A DNA stretch of 64,000 nt from Vicinamibacterales bacterium. GTDB lineage: Bacteria > Acidobacteriota > Vicinamibacteria > Vicinamibacterales > UBA2999. The notes under the pieces were generated by a model. That model was not told where the DNA came from. It ran no database searches and saw only the letters and a list, made by a program, of their open reading frames with translations. A program made the translations under genes and the position numbers. Positions 16,369 to 25,982 of this stretch are shown here, one piece after another. The first letter of the stretch is position 1. The number at the start of each line of letters is the position of its first letter. The stretch lies in assembly GCA_050742535.1 (NCBI GenBank), contig JBOGIQ010000003.1:1368-65367 (forward strand). The letters are read 5' to 3'.

Positions 16369-17097
16369 TCACTTGAAAGTGTCGCGATTCTTGAACTCGA
16401 TCGTGATGGCTTCATTCACGCTTTTGGCGTTGTTGGGGCTTTCGTGAGCCATGGCGTTGCCGCACGATGAGTCCCCGGCCTTGACCCCGGTCTCCATGTC
16501 GCGGATCTCCACGATGCAGTAGGCGAGATGCGCGTGCATCGGGGTCTTGACGCCTCCGGGGACCCTGATGCGGGCGAGCCGCACCACATCATTCTCGAAC
16601 TGGACGAAGTAATGCGCGGGGTCCGCGTCGATTGGATCCGGCGCCTTGATTCGAGCGGGATAGACGAGGCTTCTGCCCGTCTGGAGATGATCGAACGTTT
16701 TCCTGTTCTTCAGATGAACCTGCACGAACTCGGTATCCGGCCCCACGTTCTCGGTCATGTGGCTGTGTCCGTCGCCGCACGACACGTCGCCCGCTCGATA
16801 TTGCTGTGTCCGAACCTCGCCGGTCGACGACGTCGCCTTCAGTGTCGCGTCCTTGTAGAAGATCGCGCATCCGGCCGGGTGACTGTGCATGACCGACCTG
16901 GCGCCCGCCTGATACTTCACCCGAATCATCTGAGCGACGTCGTTTTCGTACAGCACGGAATACCGCGCGGGGTCGGCGGCGACCGCGTCGGGAGGCGCAG
17001 CCTGAGCCGCGAGGAGCGTCGCACGCCTCTCCGTGTTGCTGACGAAACCCGACAACAGAATCAACGTCACAACGGCCGACGTCGCAAACCATTTCAT
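16369..17097 (-). CDS. Secreted bicupin-like protein (242 aa)
   Basis: Start MKWFATSAVVTLILL at 17097. Two repeats of ADPA.Y.V..END...........G......H.H. The 388-aa ORF extension upstream is Arg/Pro-rich GC noise. Confidence 0.6.
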   Translation of the reverse strand: MKWFATSAVVTLILLSGFVSNTERRATLLAAQAAPPDAVAADPARYSVLYENDVAQMIRVKYQAGARSVMHSHPAGCAIFYKDATLKATSSTGEVRTQQYRAGDVSCGDGHSHMTENVGPDTEFVQVHLKNRKTFDHLQTGRSLVYPARIKAPDPIDADPAHYFVQFENDVVRLARIRVPGGVKTPMHAHLAYCIVEIRDMETGVKAGDSSCGNAMAHESPNNAKSVNEAITIEFKNRDTFK

Positions 17098-17169
17098 AAG
17101 CAGTGAGTGTATTACGCCGCCAGAGATCCCAGACAGAAGGGCATTTCGCTCCACGGTAAGATACGCCGC

Positions 17170-18147
17170 ATGTCCAGGCTGACTCTCGCGACTGCCGTTG
17201 TTCTCGTGGTCGTTGTGACCGGGGTTCGCGGCGCGCCGTCGCCACAGCCGGGGCCAAGCATGCGTCAGTTGGCGGGCACGTGGACCCTCGTGTCGATCGA
17301 GCGGCCCGACGCCGGCGGGCGGCTCACATCGCTGCCATTTCCGCGTGGGCTGCTCGTACTGGACAGCGCGGGGCATATCTTCGAAGGCGTGCAGCACGGA
17401 CGCCCGCAGGGGGCGCCAGCGCTCGGCGAGCGACAACTGGCGTTCGCGACCTTCAGCGGGTTCTGGGGCACCTACACGGTCGACGGCACCACGCCAACGC
17501 AGTCGATCACGATTAAGACGCGCGGCGCCGTGCATCCCAACCTGCAGACGGCGGAGTTCGGGCGTGCCGTTACGATTGCTGCGGATCCCACCAAGCTCTC
17601 ACCGACCTCGCACCCGGCGAAGCTGACGATGACCGCCGGAACGGGCGAGCCGTACGCCGGTACGCGATGGACCTGGGAGCGAGTGCCGCCGGTGGAGAAC
17701 CTGTCACCGGCCTTCCGCGACGTATCCGGCTTCTGGGAACACGTGATCGAAAAGCGCGTCAACCTCGCAACCGGTACCTCGACGGATACGACGCGCGCGC
17801 CCAGCGTCATCGTCTACACGCCATCCGGCTATGTCGGTGTCCACTTCCCGCCGCGCAACCGCGCGATGCTGGTGAACGATGAGCCGACCGAAGCGGAGGC
17901 ACGAGCCGCGCTGAACGGTTACGTCGGCTATTTCGGCGCGCTGACGGTATATCCGGGACAGGTGTTCCATCACCCACTGGCCAGCATCGGGCTCATTGCC
18001 AATGGCAACACCATCAAGCGCTTCTACGAGACATCCGGTGACGTCGTGACGGTAACCTTTCCGGCGACCGGCTCGGGTCAGCAGCAGAACACGACGGTCG
18101 TCACACTCAAGCGATTGAGCGGCATCGATCAGATGATGCCGCGCTAG
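17170..18147 (+). CDS. Lipocalin-like domain protein, tandem (325 aa)
   Basis: Signal [35 protein letters not shown] and [14 protein letters not shown] resemble the lipocalin-like (PF13924-type) motif, present twice. Confidence 0.6.
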   Translation: MSRLTLATAVVLVVVVTGVRGAPSPQPGPSMRQLAGTWTLVSIERPDAGGRLTSLPFPRGLLVLDSAGHIFEGVQHGRPQGAPALGERQLAFATFSGFWGTYTVDGTTPTQSITIKTRGAVHPNLQTAEFGRAVTIAADPTKLSPTSHPAKLTMTAGTGEPYAGTRWTWERVPPVENLSPAFRDVSGFWEHVIEKRVNLATGTSTDTTRAPSVIVYTPSGYVGVHFPPRNRAMLVNDEPTEAEARAALNGYVGYFGALTVYPGQVFHHPLASIGLIANGNTIKRFYETSGDVVTVTFPATGSGQQQNTTVVTLKRLSGIDQMMPR

Positions 18148-18241
18148 CACCATCCCGGCCCGCGACACACCGAGGCCACGAGACACCGAGTGCGCGTGGT
18201 ACCATTTCGCGGAATTGTCCATTCGTTATCGTGGAGTCGTC

Positions 18242-19564
18242 ATGAGAATCCGTTCCGCGTGCAGCGCTGGGGCGCTGTTCGTGTCGACAATGTTGTTGGT
18301 GGTGCTGTTCGCGTTTCACGCGCCAGCGTCGGGACAAGGGGGTGCGGCTCCAGTTCAGCCTCCCGCCGGTCCCGGGGGACGCGGCGGCGCTCCGGTAGGA
18401 GTCCTTGGCGGGCGCGGCGGCCCACGCATCCCCGACGGTGCTCTCAAGCCGGGCGCCCCTCATCCAGACCCGCTTCCGGTGGATCTCTTCACCACGAAGA
18501 ACTTCTACCAGGATCGGGCCCTCTGGAGCGATCCGAAGTACTTCCGCTGCAACATCTCCCGCAACATCACGGAAATGTGGGCCGATCAGCGGATGGGGGA
18601 CAAACCTCCCGCGACCGCCGGATGGGGTGACTGTTCCCGCGATTACCCGGCCGCAAACATCAGGAGTCCGCATCCGTACAAGACGGCCAGGGAACACTAC
18701 GAGGCGCTGATGGCAGACGCCGCCAAACGAGGCGGGCCGACGGTTCACACGCGTGTCACGCTGCCGGAATGGGACGGGTTCTACGTGCGGGGCAACCAGG
18801 ACGGCGGGACGCAGTGGCTGTGGGGCATCGCTCAGCCGAGCACCATGCTGTCGCTGCTGACGCCCGAATACCAGCAGCGTATGGTCCAGGGGATCTACCA
18901 CGAGTCGGTGACGAACGCGCCGCAATGGAGCGCGTCGTTCTGCCATCCCGAGGGGCTCGTCCGCTTCTACACGCAGTTCGCCGTTCAGCAGCCGATGGAA
19001 GTGATGATGACGCCGAATCAGGTTCAGTTCCTGAGCGGCATCGCCGATAACTTCCTCTTCAAGGTCCTGATCGGACGGAAGCACGCCCAGAAGACGCCCC
19101 AGTGGTACGGCGAAACGGTCGGGTTCTGGGACGGTGACAAGCTGATCTCGTGGACGGCGAACGTCCAGGGATGGACGATCACGCACGCGTTGTTCGAGTA
19201 CAGCAGCAAGTTGGAAACGGTCGAAATCATCACGCCGCGTCAGGATGCCAACGGGGCGTTCGCAGGCCTGACGATCGAGACGATCTTCTACGACTCCGAG
19301 GCCTTCGTCGCCCCGCTGCGGTCGACGATGCGCTGGAACAGGACGCAGAGGCACGACAGCCCCACGCTTCGCCATACGTTCATCGAATGTCTGAGCAACG
19401 TCGCGAACGTCAACGGGAGGCCGACGCAGTTGTCGCCGAGCGATCCGCGTTATATCGATTACTACGGCCGCCCCTGGGCGAAGAACTGGGAGAGGAACTT
19501 CGAGAAGGGCCTCGAGAAGCCGGCTCAGGAACTGCCGGCGGAAATTCTCAACATCTTCAAATAG
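18242..19564 (+). CDS. Secreted protein, divergent 'WEGDTLVV' paralog family member 3
   Basis: GGAG lies 5 nt before ATG 18242. Signal peptide and a GGRGG tract are present. [13 protein letters not shown] is followed by a longer C-terminal part. Confidence 0.7.
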   Translation: MRIRSACSAGALFVSTMLLVVLFAFHAPASGQGGAAPVQPPAGPGGRGGAPVGVLGGRGGPRIPDGALKPGAPHPDPLPVDLFTTKNFYQDRALWSDPKYFRCNISRNITEMWADQRMGDKPPATAGWGDCSRDYPAANIRSPHPYKTAREHYEALMADAAKRGGPTVHTRVTLPEWDGFYVRGNQDGGTQWLWGIAQPSTMLSLLTPEYQQRMVQGIYHESVTNAPQWSASFCHPEGLVRFYTQFAVQQPMEVMMTPNQVQFLSGIADNFLFKVLIGRKHAQKTPQWYGETVGFWDGDKLISWTANVQGWTITHALFEYSSKLETVEIITPRQDANGAFAGLTIETIFYDSEAFVAPLRSTMRWNRTQRHDSPTLRHTFIECLSNVANVNGRPTQLSPSDPRYIDYYGRPWAKNWERNFEKGLEKPAQELPAEILNIFK

Positions 19565-19637
19565 CCCGGCACTCCGTCAGGGGTGCCACCTTCACCGGCC
19601 CGGTGTAGAGTTACCGTGATTCTTCCGGGAGAGGCAG

Positions 19638-20627
19638 ATGCATAGGCCGTTCATCGGTGCCCTGCTTGTCGTTCTTTCCCTGGTTACGGCAATTCACGCT
19701 CAGCGCCCCAACTCCGCTGCAGGCGGCTGGACGCCTCCACGCACGCCGTGGGGCGACCCCGACCTGCAGGGCAACTACACGAACAAGTACGAGACGAGCA
19801 CACCATTCGAGCGTCCGAAGGAGTTCGAGGGGCGCCGGATGGAAGACATCACCGCCGCCGAGCTCGCGGCTGCCGTCGCCCGCCGCCAGGAGGACACGCT
19901 GGCGCGCGCCAAGTACTTCGGCGGCGACCCCGAAGGCCGGATCGGCAACTCGGCCGAGTTCCGCGACATTTACGAAATCGCCAAGGGCAGTCGTCCGTGG
20001 TTCGTCATCGATCCGCTGGACGGCAGGATTCCGCCCATCCGTCCCGAGGCACGCGCCCGCATCGCCGCGGCGCCACGCAGCGGCAGCTTCGGCAACGGAC
20101 CGTTCAACAGCCACGAGGACTTCAGCCTGTGGGATCGGTGCATTACCCGGGGACTGCCCGGCTCGATGCTCCCCGGGCAGTACGGCAACTCGTATCACAT
20201 CGTCCAGAGTCCGGGTGTCGTCGCGATCCGCTATGAGATGGTGCACGACACGCGTGTGATTCCGATTGGAGACTCACCACGCGCCGGGTCGCAGATCCGC
20301 TCGGACATGGGCGTCGCCCGCGGCCGGTGGGAGGGCAACACGCTCGTCGTCGAGACGACGAACTTCAAAGGGCGCAGCGCGTATCGCAACGCGAACCCTG
20401 ACACGTTGAAGCTGATCGAGCGCTTCACTCGGGTCGCGCCGGACAAGATCGAGTGGACGGTCACTGTGGACGATCCCACGACATGGTCACGCCCGTGGAC
20501 GTTCACGATTCCGCTGACGATGAACGATCAGGAAGCGGTGCTCGAGTACGCCTGCCACGAGGGAAATCAAGCGATCAGGAACATTCTGAGTGCCGCGCGC
20601 ACGGCGGAATCCGGCAGCGCACGATAG
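19638..20627 (+). CDS. Secreted protein, 'WEGDTLVV' paralog family member 4 (329 aa)
   Basis: PDLQGNY, RGRWEGNTLVVETTNF, VTVDDPTTWSRPW, LEYACHEGNQ. Confidence 0.8.
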   Translation: MHRPFIGALLVVLSLVTAIHAQRPNSAAGGWTPPRTPWGDPDLQGNYTNKYETSTPFERPKEFEGRRMEDITAAELAAAVARRQEDTLARAKYFGGDPEGRIGNSAEFRDIYEIAKGSRPWFVIDPLDGRIPPIRPEARARIAAAPRSGSFGNGPFNSHEDFSLWDRCITRGLPGSMLPGQYGNSYHIVQSPGVVAIRYEMVHDTRVIPIGDSPRAGSQIRSDMGVARGRWEGNTLVVETTNFKGRSAYRNANPDTLKLIERFTRVAPDKIEWTVTVDDPTTWSRPWTFTIPLTMNDQEAVLEYACHEGNQAIRNILSAARTAESGSAR

Positions 20628-20912
20628 ATCTAGTGGCGGGGGCGCCTCTTCGCCCTTTTGTTCGTACGTCCGGCCGTCAATTGATCCAGCTCGACCGTCG
20701 CGCTAGACTCCACGCCTCTCCTGGAGGACCAAGGTTCATGTATACCGCAGCGCGCCGGACCGTCGAAGGGGGACGAAACCTTCGCGAGGATCATTGGGCT
20801 GCGCCCAGCGATCACTCCGGAGGGCGGCAACCGAAAACGAGAAGCACGCGAAAGCGGCAGGTCCGACCGGGACGGCGACGCGGTGCGGTCAGGCCGAAAT
20901 GAGTCCAAGCGC

Positions 20913-22439
20913 ATGACTCGAGGAGACATCGCCAAAGCCTATCTTCAACTGGCGCAGAGTCGCGCTGCGCGGGCGGGCGTGATTGCGTTCGGCGCCGGCC
21001 TGGCACTCGTTCTTATCTGGTCCCTCGAGCTGCAAGATCGTACCGGCGGTCTCCTCCAGGCGCTCGCCGACAAGCCGCGGTATGCGAACCTGTCTCGCGA
21101 GCGCGACGCCGCTGCAGCGAACAACACCGATCTCGTCAGGAAGCTGCGCGCAGCAGACCCGAAGTCGGATCGGACACGCCGCCGATCCGACTATGCCGAG
21201 ACTCTAAGAACTCAAGCCGTTCAGCTCGAGGAACAGGCTGGCAAGATTCAGCAGGAGACTGATAGCGCGAGAACGCTCACCTTTACGTTTCCGGGGCTGC
21301 CGCCGATCACTGTACGGGATGCGTCTGCAGCTCTGGTGTGGCTCGCCTGCGCGGCTTCGCTGTTGTACTACCTGTCATGGTGTCGTCGATCTGTGCTGCA
21401 GCTGTATTCGCGCGCGCTGCGGATCTTCGTGTCCGAGCTGGACGTCGATCCCAAGGTGCTCCACGACGTCGCGGGGTCGCTCCCGTTCTGGATCGCACCG
21501 CTGCCCAGGCGAGATGGGGCGTACGTGTCGGCTGGGCTTCTTCGTTCGGCTGCCGGATGGGATCGTACGAGCGCACAAAACCATCTTGGCCTTGGCCTCG
21601 TTCACCTTGGGGCAGGTCTGGTCACCGCACACGTCGTCTACATCGGCATCCTGTACTCGCAACTGGATGTCCAAGTATCCGCGTCGGCAGTGATTCTCAG
21701 GAATACACCCGTCTTGCCGACCACCATTCTTCTCGGCGCCGTCTTCATCGGAATCGCGTGCTGGTGGCTGACACCCGGCCGCGTGCCTGATTCGTATTCA
21801 TTCGAGCGTTCACCGCGGCGTCCTCTGAGCCGACGCCGCCGCGCTGTTCTTGCGACTGGGCTCGCTCTGGTGGCTGGTGCGACCGCATTGGTTGCTGTCT
21901 CACCGGCGGCGCTCCGAAAAGTGATTTTGCGGCCCCGGTTTCGTGCGTGGGTGAACCGTGGTCGATTGGCTCAGGGCTTTTACGAGGCAGGTCGTAACCA
22001 GCGTATTCATTACGTGCGGGGCGAAGGGCGCCCGAAAGCGCTCAAGAGCGTTCCGGACAGAGATCTACGCCAGGTGCAGATCGACAAGAATCAATTGAAC
22101 AGGATTCACCTATCGGCGGTCGCGCCATGGCTGGCCGCTGCCTCGGTACGCTTCGGAACGACGGAAGAGACCCTGACGAGAGAAGGAATCGATCAGGAGT
22201 TGACGGCCGCGAAGGAGGGTGAACGGCCCACGTTGGTGTGGTTCGACTATCTCGTACAGCAGGGGTGGGCCCAACGGAACCGAGCGGAGATCGAGCGGGC
22301 GCTGGCGTTACTCGATCCGCTGGCCGCAACGCCCGGGGGGCGCGCAACTGCCACGCTGATTGACCGACGGCGTGAGACCTGGAAGCGCCGCGCCGCACGA
22401 CTGGCGGCTTCGCGGCCGACTGTGACGACCGGAGTTTGA
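20913..22439 (+). CDS. Hypothetical multi-pass membrane protein (508 aa)
   Basis: Several hydrophobic helices (VIAFGAGLALVLIW, ALVWLACAASLLYYL, LGLVHLGAGLVTAHVVYIGIL, TTILLGAVFIGIACWW, VLATGLALVAGATALVAV). Many A/T-ending codons. No recognisable family. Start could also be 20883. Confidence 0.6.
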   Translation: MTRGDIAKAYLQLAQSRAARAGVIAFGAGLALVLIWSLELQDRTGGLLQALADKPRYANLSRERDAAAANNTDLVRKLRAADPKSDRTRRRSDYAETLRTQAVQLEEQAGKIQQETDSARTLTFTFPGLPPITVRDASAALVWLACAASLLYYLSWCRRSVLQLYSRALRIFVSELDVDPKVLHDVAGSLPFWIAPLPRRDGAYVSAGLLRSAAGWDRTSAQNHLGLGLVHLGAGLVTAHVVYIGILYSQLDVQVSASAVILRNTPVLPTTILLGAVFIGIACWWLTPGRVPDSYSFERSPRRPLSRRRRAVLATGLALVAGATALVAVSPAALRKVILRPRFRAWVNRGRLAQGFYEAGRNQRIHYVRGEGRPKALKSVPDRDLRQVQIDKNQLNRIHLSAVAPWLAAASVRFGTTEETLTREGIDQELTAAKEGERPTLVWFDYLVQQGWAQRNRAEIERALALLDPLAATPGGRATATLIDRRRETWKRRAARLAASRPTVTTGV

Positions 22440-22530
22440 GGGCTGGTCCTCCAATGCAGGAGAATCTCTAAGCTGACGGCTTCGCCGTCAGAACAGAGTG
22501 ATGCCCGTTCGAATCGGGCCCAGCCCACCA
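22440..22530 (+). ncRNA. tRNA-like element with encoded CCA, non-canonical anticodon region
   Basis: 7-bp acceptor stem (22440-46 GGGCTGG with 22520-26 CCAGCCC), T at position 8, 4-bp D-like stem (CTCC/GGAG). Canonical T arm GCCCG-TTCGAAT-CGGGC (22503-22519), discriminator A, CCA (22528-30), then TTTTT. The central 40 nt form a 12-bp interrupted hairpin with a 3-5 nt loop instead of an anticodon arm. Confidence 0.45.
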
Positions 22531-22743
22531 TTTTTCCCCGAGACTGAGGCACCTGGAGACAGGGCCTCAGGAGTTTCGACCAGTGTCCGGCTTCAGCTTC
22601 AGCTGGACGGCTGCGACAGCCGGCGGTGGATCCTCGCCGCCGGCCGTCGGTGTGCACGTCGAGCGCCCCGCCACGTGCGGCATTCATTCGCGTGCGCCGC
22701 GTGCGTGACTTGCACCGTCTGAAAGTGGACGGGAGGTAACAGT

Positions 22744-23445
22744 ATGTGCGCGTTGAGATTGAGTGCTGTGGTTGTGACGGCGCTGCTTATGGCGACGCCG
22801 GCATTCGCGCAGCTGGACAAGGGCGACATTGAAGAGCTCAACGAAGCGGCGGCCGCAGTCGGCGAAATCAGGAACGTCCCGGACAAGGGTATTCCTGAGG
22901 CAATCTGGAAGAAGGCCGAATGCGTCGTGGTGATTCCGTCGCTCAAGAAGGCGGGCTTCATCGTCGGCGCCGAGGGCGGCGACGGTGTGTTGAGCTGCCG
23001 GCAGGGCGCCACGTGGGGCGCGCCTGTTTTCATGGAGCTCACCAAGGGCAGCTTCGGGCTGCAGGCCGGTGTGCAGGCGACGCAGCTGGTCCTCGTGATC
23101 ATGAACCGGCGCGGACTGGAAAAGCTGCTGTCGAACAAGGTGACGCTGGGGACGGACGCCTCGGTTGCCGCAGGTCCCGTGGGGCGAACGGCCAGCGCGG
23201 CGACCGACGCGCAGATGACGGCGGAGATGCTGTCGTATTCGCGCTCGAAGGGACTCTTTGCGGGCATCGATCTGTCGGGCGGATCGTTGAGGCCGGACAA
23301 GGATGCGAACATCCGTGCGTACGGAGCCGGCGCGGTAGCGCGGGATATCGCGCTCGGCACCGCGCGAGTGACGGTGCCGCCAGAGGGAAGGGCGTTTAGA
23401 GAGGCGCTCGGCCGGGACGTGCGCGGGACAACCGGCGTGAAGTGA
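22744..23445 (+). CDS. SYLF (Ysc84/DUF500) lipid-binding domain protein, secreted (233 aa)
   Basis: Signal peptide, then IPEAIWKKAECVVVIPSLKKAGFIVGAEGGDGVLSCR......WGAPVFMELTKGSFGLQAG, typical of the SYLF domain. Confidence 0.75.
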   Translation: MCALRLSAVVVTALLMATPAFAQLDKGDIEELNEAAAAVGEIRNVPDKGIPEAIWKKAECVVVIPSLKKAGFIVGAEGGDGVLSCRQGATWGAPVFMELTKGSFGLQAGVQATQLVLVIMNRRGLEKLLSNKVTLGTDASVAAGPVGRTASAATDAQMTAEMLSYSRSKGLFAGIDLSGGSLRPDKDANIRAYGAGAVARDIALGTARVTVPPEGRAFREALGRDVRGTTGVK

Positions 23446-23463
23446 CGGTCCGTGCGTGAACGA

Positions 23464-23484
23464 GGCCGACCCCTAAGGTCGGCC
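23464..23484. repeat. GGCCGACC...GGTCGGCC hairpin (REP-like or terminator-like)
   Basis: ggccgaccCCTAAggtcggcc lies 19 nt after the SYLF stop. The same stem occurs at 8077-8098 and 44075-44096. Confidence 0.7.
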
Positions 23485-23500
23485 CCGTTCTGCGGATACG

Positions 23501-23875
23501 ATGAGCACCATGCCACGTCTCATCGACGCTCCATCAATCATCCAGGCCGCGGGCACGAAACCAAAGCGGATTGAAGAGTATGTGGGCCGCGTCAACAGCG
23601 GTCACGACGCCGTGAGCGTGGCGCGCATGCGCTCCCCGGCGGGTTGGCTCGAGCCTGGCCAGCGGCCGATGTTCGAGGAGATCACGATCGTGCTTCGCGG
23701 AATGGTACGGGTCGAGCACGAAGGCGGCAGCCTCGACGTGCAGGCAGGGCAGGCGGTCGTCACGACGCCCGGCGAATGGGTCCGTTACAGCACGCCCGAC
23801 GCAGACGGGGCCGAGTATGTGGCGGTCTGTCTGCCGGCGTTCTCACCCGACACGGTCCACCGGGACCCGGCGTAA
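23501..23875 (+). CDS. Cupin-domain protein (124 aa)
   Basis: EEITIVLRGMVRVEHEGGSLDVQAGQAVVTTPGEWVRYS shows a cupin beta-barrel pattern. Confidence 0.6.
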   Translation: MSTMPRLIDAPSIIQAAGTKPKRIEEYVGRVNSGHDAVSVARMRSPAGWLEPGQRPMFEEITIVLRGMVRVEHEGGSLDVQAGQAVVTTPGEWVRYSTPDADGAEYVAVCLPAFSPDTVHRDPA

Positions 23876-23957
23876 CCGGGCGATTCCATGTTTGACAGGC
23901 GTACCCGGTCGCGCCATGATCTGCGCCAACCGATTACTCGAAGCAGGTGAAGAGCTG

Positions 23958-25070
23958 ATGACGAAGCGGGCTGTGGTTGCGGTCATGCTGGCCGTGGCTG
24001 TTGGTGTCGTGTCGCTGCGCGCGCAGCACACGCTGGCAGCAAAATTCGACGTGACGAAGTCGTTGACGCTCACCGGCACGGTGACACAGATCGACTGGGC
24101 CAACCCGTATGTCCATATCCTGATGAAGGTGCCCGGACAGCCACTGCCGGTGCTGTGGGCCGTGGAGGTGGAAGGTCCGATCGTTCTCACCGACAACGGC
24201 TGGAGTCAGGCGTCACTTCCCATCGGCGAAACGATTCGCGTGGAGGGATACGCCGCGCGTGACGGCAGCAGGCAGATCTCCGGCAGGTCAGTGGTGATGA
24301 CGTCCACCAATAGACCGGTATACGTCGGTACCAACGGCACGCCGAAGCCCCGGCCCGTGGCCAAGGGACCGACGCCGCGATGGCCGTCCGGCCAGCCGCG
24401 GCTTGGTCCAGCTCCGGGCGAGACGGGTTACTGGGGATACCCGGCACGCGGCGGTCTGCTCGAAGACGGTGTCACCGTGCAGATGGACCGCTACGGCCTG
24501 CTGAACAACATTGCCGACGCGTCGAAGGTTGCCCCGATGCAGCCCTGGGCGCTCGGTGTCTACCGGGAGAGACAGCGGACCTTCCTGCAGCGGGATCCCA
24601 TGTATCTCTGGTGCAAGCCGCCGGGCGGCCCGCGCCAGTTCCAGCAGCTCTACGGATTCCAGTTCGTCGAGCAGCCGGACTTCAAGCGCGTCTTCGTGCT
24701 GATGGGCAGCGCCAACCGGAACCGGCGCATTATCTACACCGACGGCCGCAAGCAGGTCGGTCAGGTGAACGGCAACGACGATAATCCGGTGTTCTATGGT
24801 CAGGCGGTCGCCCGCTGGGAGGGCGACACCTTCGTCGTCGACACCCGTTCGTTCAATGAGGAGTTCTGGTTCGACAACGGCGGCCTGCCGCACACCGACA
24901 AGCTTCATCTGATTGAGCGGTTTACCCGTACCGACATGGGGACGATGAGGTACGAAGTTACGATCGACGATCCGGGCGCCTATACCCGGACGTGGAAGAG
25001 CACGTGGAATCTGAACTGGGTCCCTGGCGAAGAGACGCCGTACTTCCTGTGTATGGACAATCGCCCGTAG
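23958..25070 (+). CDS. Fusion protein: DUF6152-like N-domain + 'WEGDTLVV' domain (paralog 5, 370 aa)
   Basis: Signal MTKRAVVAVMLAVAVGVVSLRA. QHTLAAKFDVTKSLTLTGTVTQIDWANPYVHILM is DUF6152-like. Later motifs: ARWEGDTFVVDT, VTIDDPGAYTRTW, YFLCMDNRP. Confidence 0.8.
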   Translation: MTKRAVVAVMLAVAVGVVSLRAQHTLAAKFDVTKSLTLTGTVTQIDWANPYVHILMKVPGQPLPVLWAVEVEGPIVLTDNGWSQASLPIGETIRVEGYAARDGSRQISGRSVVMTSTNRPVYVGTNGTPKPRPVAKGPTPRWPSGQPRLGPAPGETGYWGYPARGGLLEDGVTVQMDRYGLLNNIADASKVAPMQPWALGVYRERQRTFLQRDPMYLWCKPPGGPRQFQQLYGFQFVEQPDFKRVFVLMGSANRNRRIIYTDGRKQVGQVNGNDDNPVFYGQAVARWEGDTFVVDTRSFNEEFWFDNGGLPHTDKLHLIERFTRTDMGTMRYEVTIDDPGAYTRTWKSTWNLNWVPGEETPYFLCMDNRP

Positions 25071-25077
25071 ATGTAGG

Positions 25078-25095
25078 GTCCGCCTTCAGGCGGAC
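25078..25095. repeat. REP palindrome
   Basis: The stop TAG (25068-70) is followed by ATGTAGG and then GTCCGCCTTCAGGCGGAC. Confidence 0.85.
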
Positions 25096-25106
25096 GTGGA
25101 GTTGAG

Positions 25107-25979
25107 ATGAGCATTCGATCGATTGGCCGTCCTTTGACGCTGGCTGCGTGCCTCATATTCGCGGTCGCCACGGCGGCCAGTGCATTCGCGCAGGACGCGG
25201 GCGGACAGGGACGAGGCGCTGGCGCCGGAGGGCAGGGGCGCGCAGGTGGCCAGGGACGCGGGGGACGCGGCGCAGCGGCGCCGTCGGCGCCGACGCCACG
25301 ATGGCCCGACGGCAAACCGATTCTTGGCTCGGTGCCCGGACAGCCGGTCGGTGGATGGGGCGCCGGCGTGACGACGCTTCCACAAGGACAACTCGACAAG
25401 ATTCCGTTTCAGCCCTGGGCGCGCGCGGCCTACGACATCCGCCAGATCGATCAATTCGAGCCGCACACGCGGTGCAAGGCGTCCGGCGTGTCGCGGCAGT
25501 TCTCCACGCCGTACGGCACGGAGTTCGTCGAAGTCCCTGACCTCAAGCGGATGTACATCATGGACAACGGCGGTCCGAATTCGTATCGGATCATCTACCT
25601 CGACGGACGATCGTTCCCGGCGAACATCCCGCTGACGAACTACGGCTATTCGATCGGGCACTGGGAAGGCGATACGCTCGTGATTGAAACGCGCGGCCTG
25701 AACGATAAGTTCTGGTTGGACACGCGCGGCACGCCGCACACGTCGCAACTGAAGTTCACCGAGCGCCTGACCCGAACGGACATGAACACGATGCGGTATC
25801 AGGCGACGATCGACGATCCCGGCGCGTACACGGCGCCCTGGACGACGGCGGATTTCAACCTCCGATGGAGGCCGGGTGACGAGCTGTTCGAGTACATCTG
25901 CCAGCAGTACAACGAGGGTCCGACGCTGATGCTCGGCAGCCAGGAAGAGATCGACAACACGCGCTTCTTCGTTCCGTAG
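25107..25979 (+). CDS. Secreted protein, 'WEGDTLVV' paralog family member 6 (290 aa)
   Basis: Signal peptide, GGQGRGAGAGGQGRAGGQGRGGRGAAAP tract, IGHWEGDTLVIETRG, ATIDDPGAYTAPW, FEYICQQYNEG. Confidence 0.8.
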   Translation: MSIRSIGRPLTLAACLIFAVATAASAFAQDAGGQGRGAGAGGQGRAGGQGRGGRGAAAPSAPTPRWPDGKPILGSVPGQPVGGWGAGVTTLPQGQLDKIPFQPWARAAYDIRQIDQFEPHTRCKASGVSRQFSTPYGTEFVEVPDLKRMYIMDNGGPNSYRIIYLDGRSFPANIPLTNYGYSIGHWEGDTLVIETRGLNDKFWLDTRGTPHTSQLKFTERLTRTDMNTMRYQATIDDPGAYTAPWTTADFNLRWRPGDELFEYICQQYNEGPTLMLGSQEEIDNTRFFVP

Positions 25980-25982
25980 GTC

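Noticed and set aside
16369-17535. 388-aa version of the bicupin ORF.
   Set aside because: The first 145 aa are Arg/Pro/Trp-rich and overlap the divergent 17170 gene. A proper signal peptide begins at ATG 17097.
18107-19375. 422-aa minus-strand ORF.
   Set aside because: It is antisense to the well-supported paralog gene at 18242-19564 and has a low-complexity Arg-rich translation.
20738-20902. 54-aa highly basic ORF (MYTAARRTVEGGRNLRED...RRRGAVRPK) with a GGAGGA upstream.
   Set aside because: It shows no family resemblance, and its composition is consistent with GC-rich noise in the leader of the 20913 gene. It is kept only as a remote small-protein possibility.
22440-22530. Canonical tRNA, tRNA-Sec or tmRNA assignment for the tRNA-like element.
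   Set aside because: There is no 7-nt anticodon loop with U33 in any register. The acceptor and T stems are 7/5 rather than 8/5 and there is no UCA loop, which argues against Sec. At 91 nt with no tag ORF it is far too short for tmRNA.
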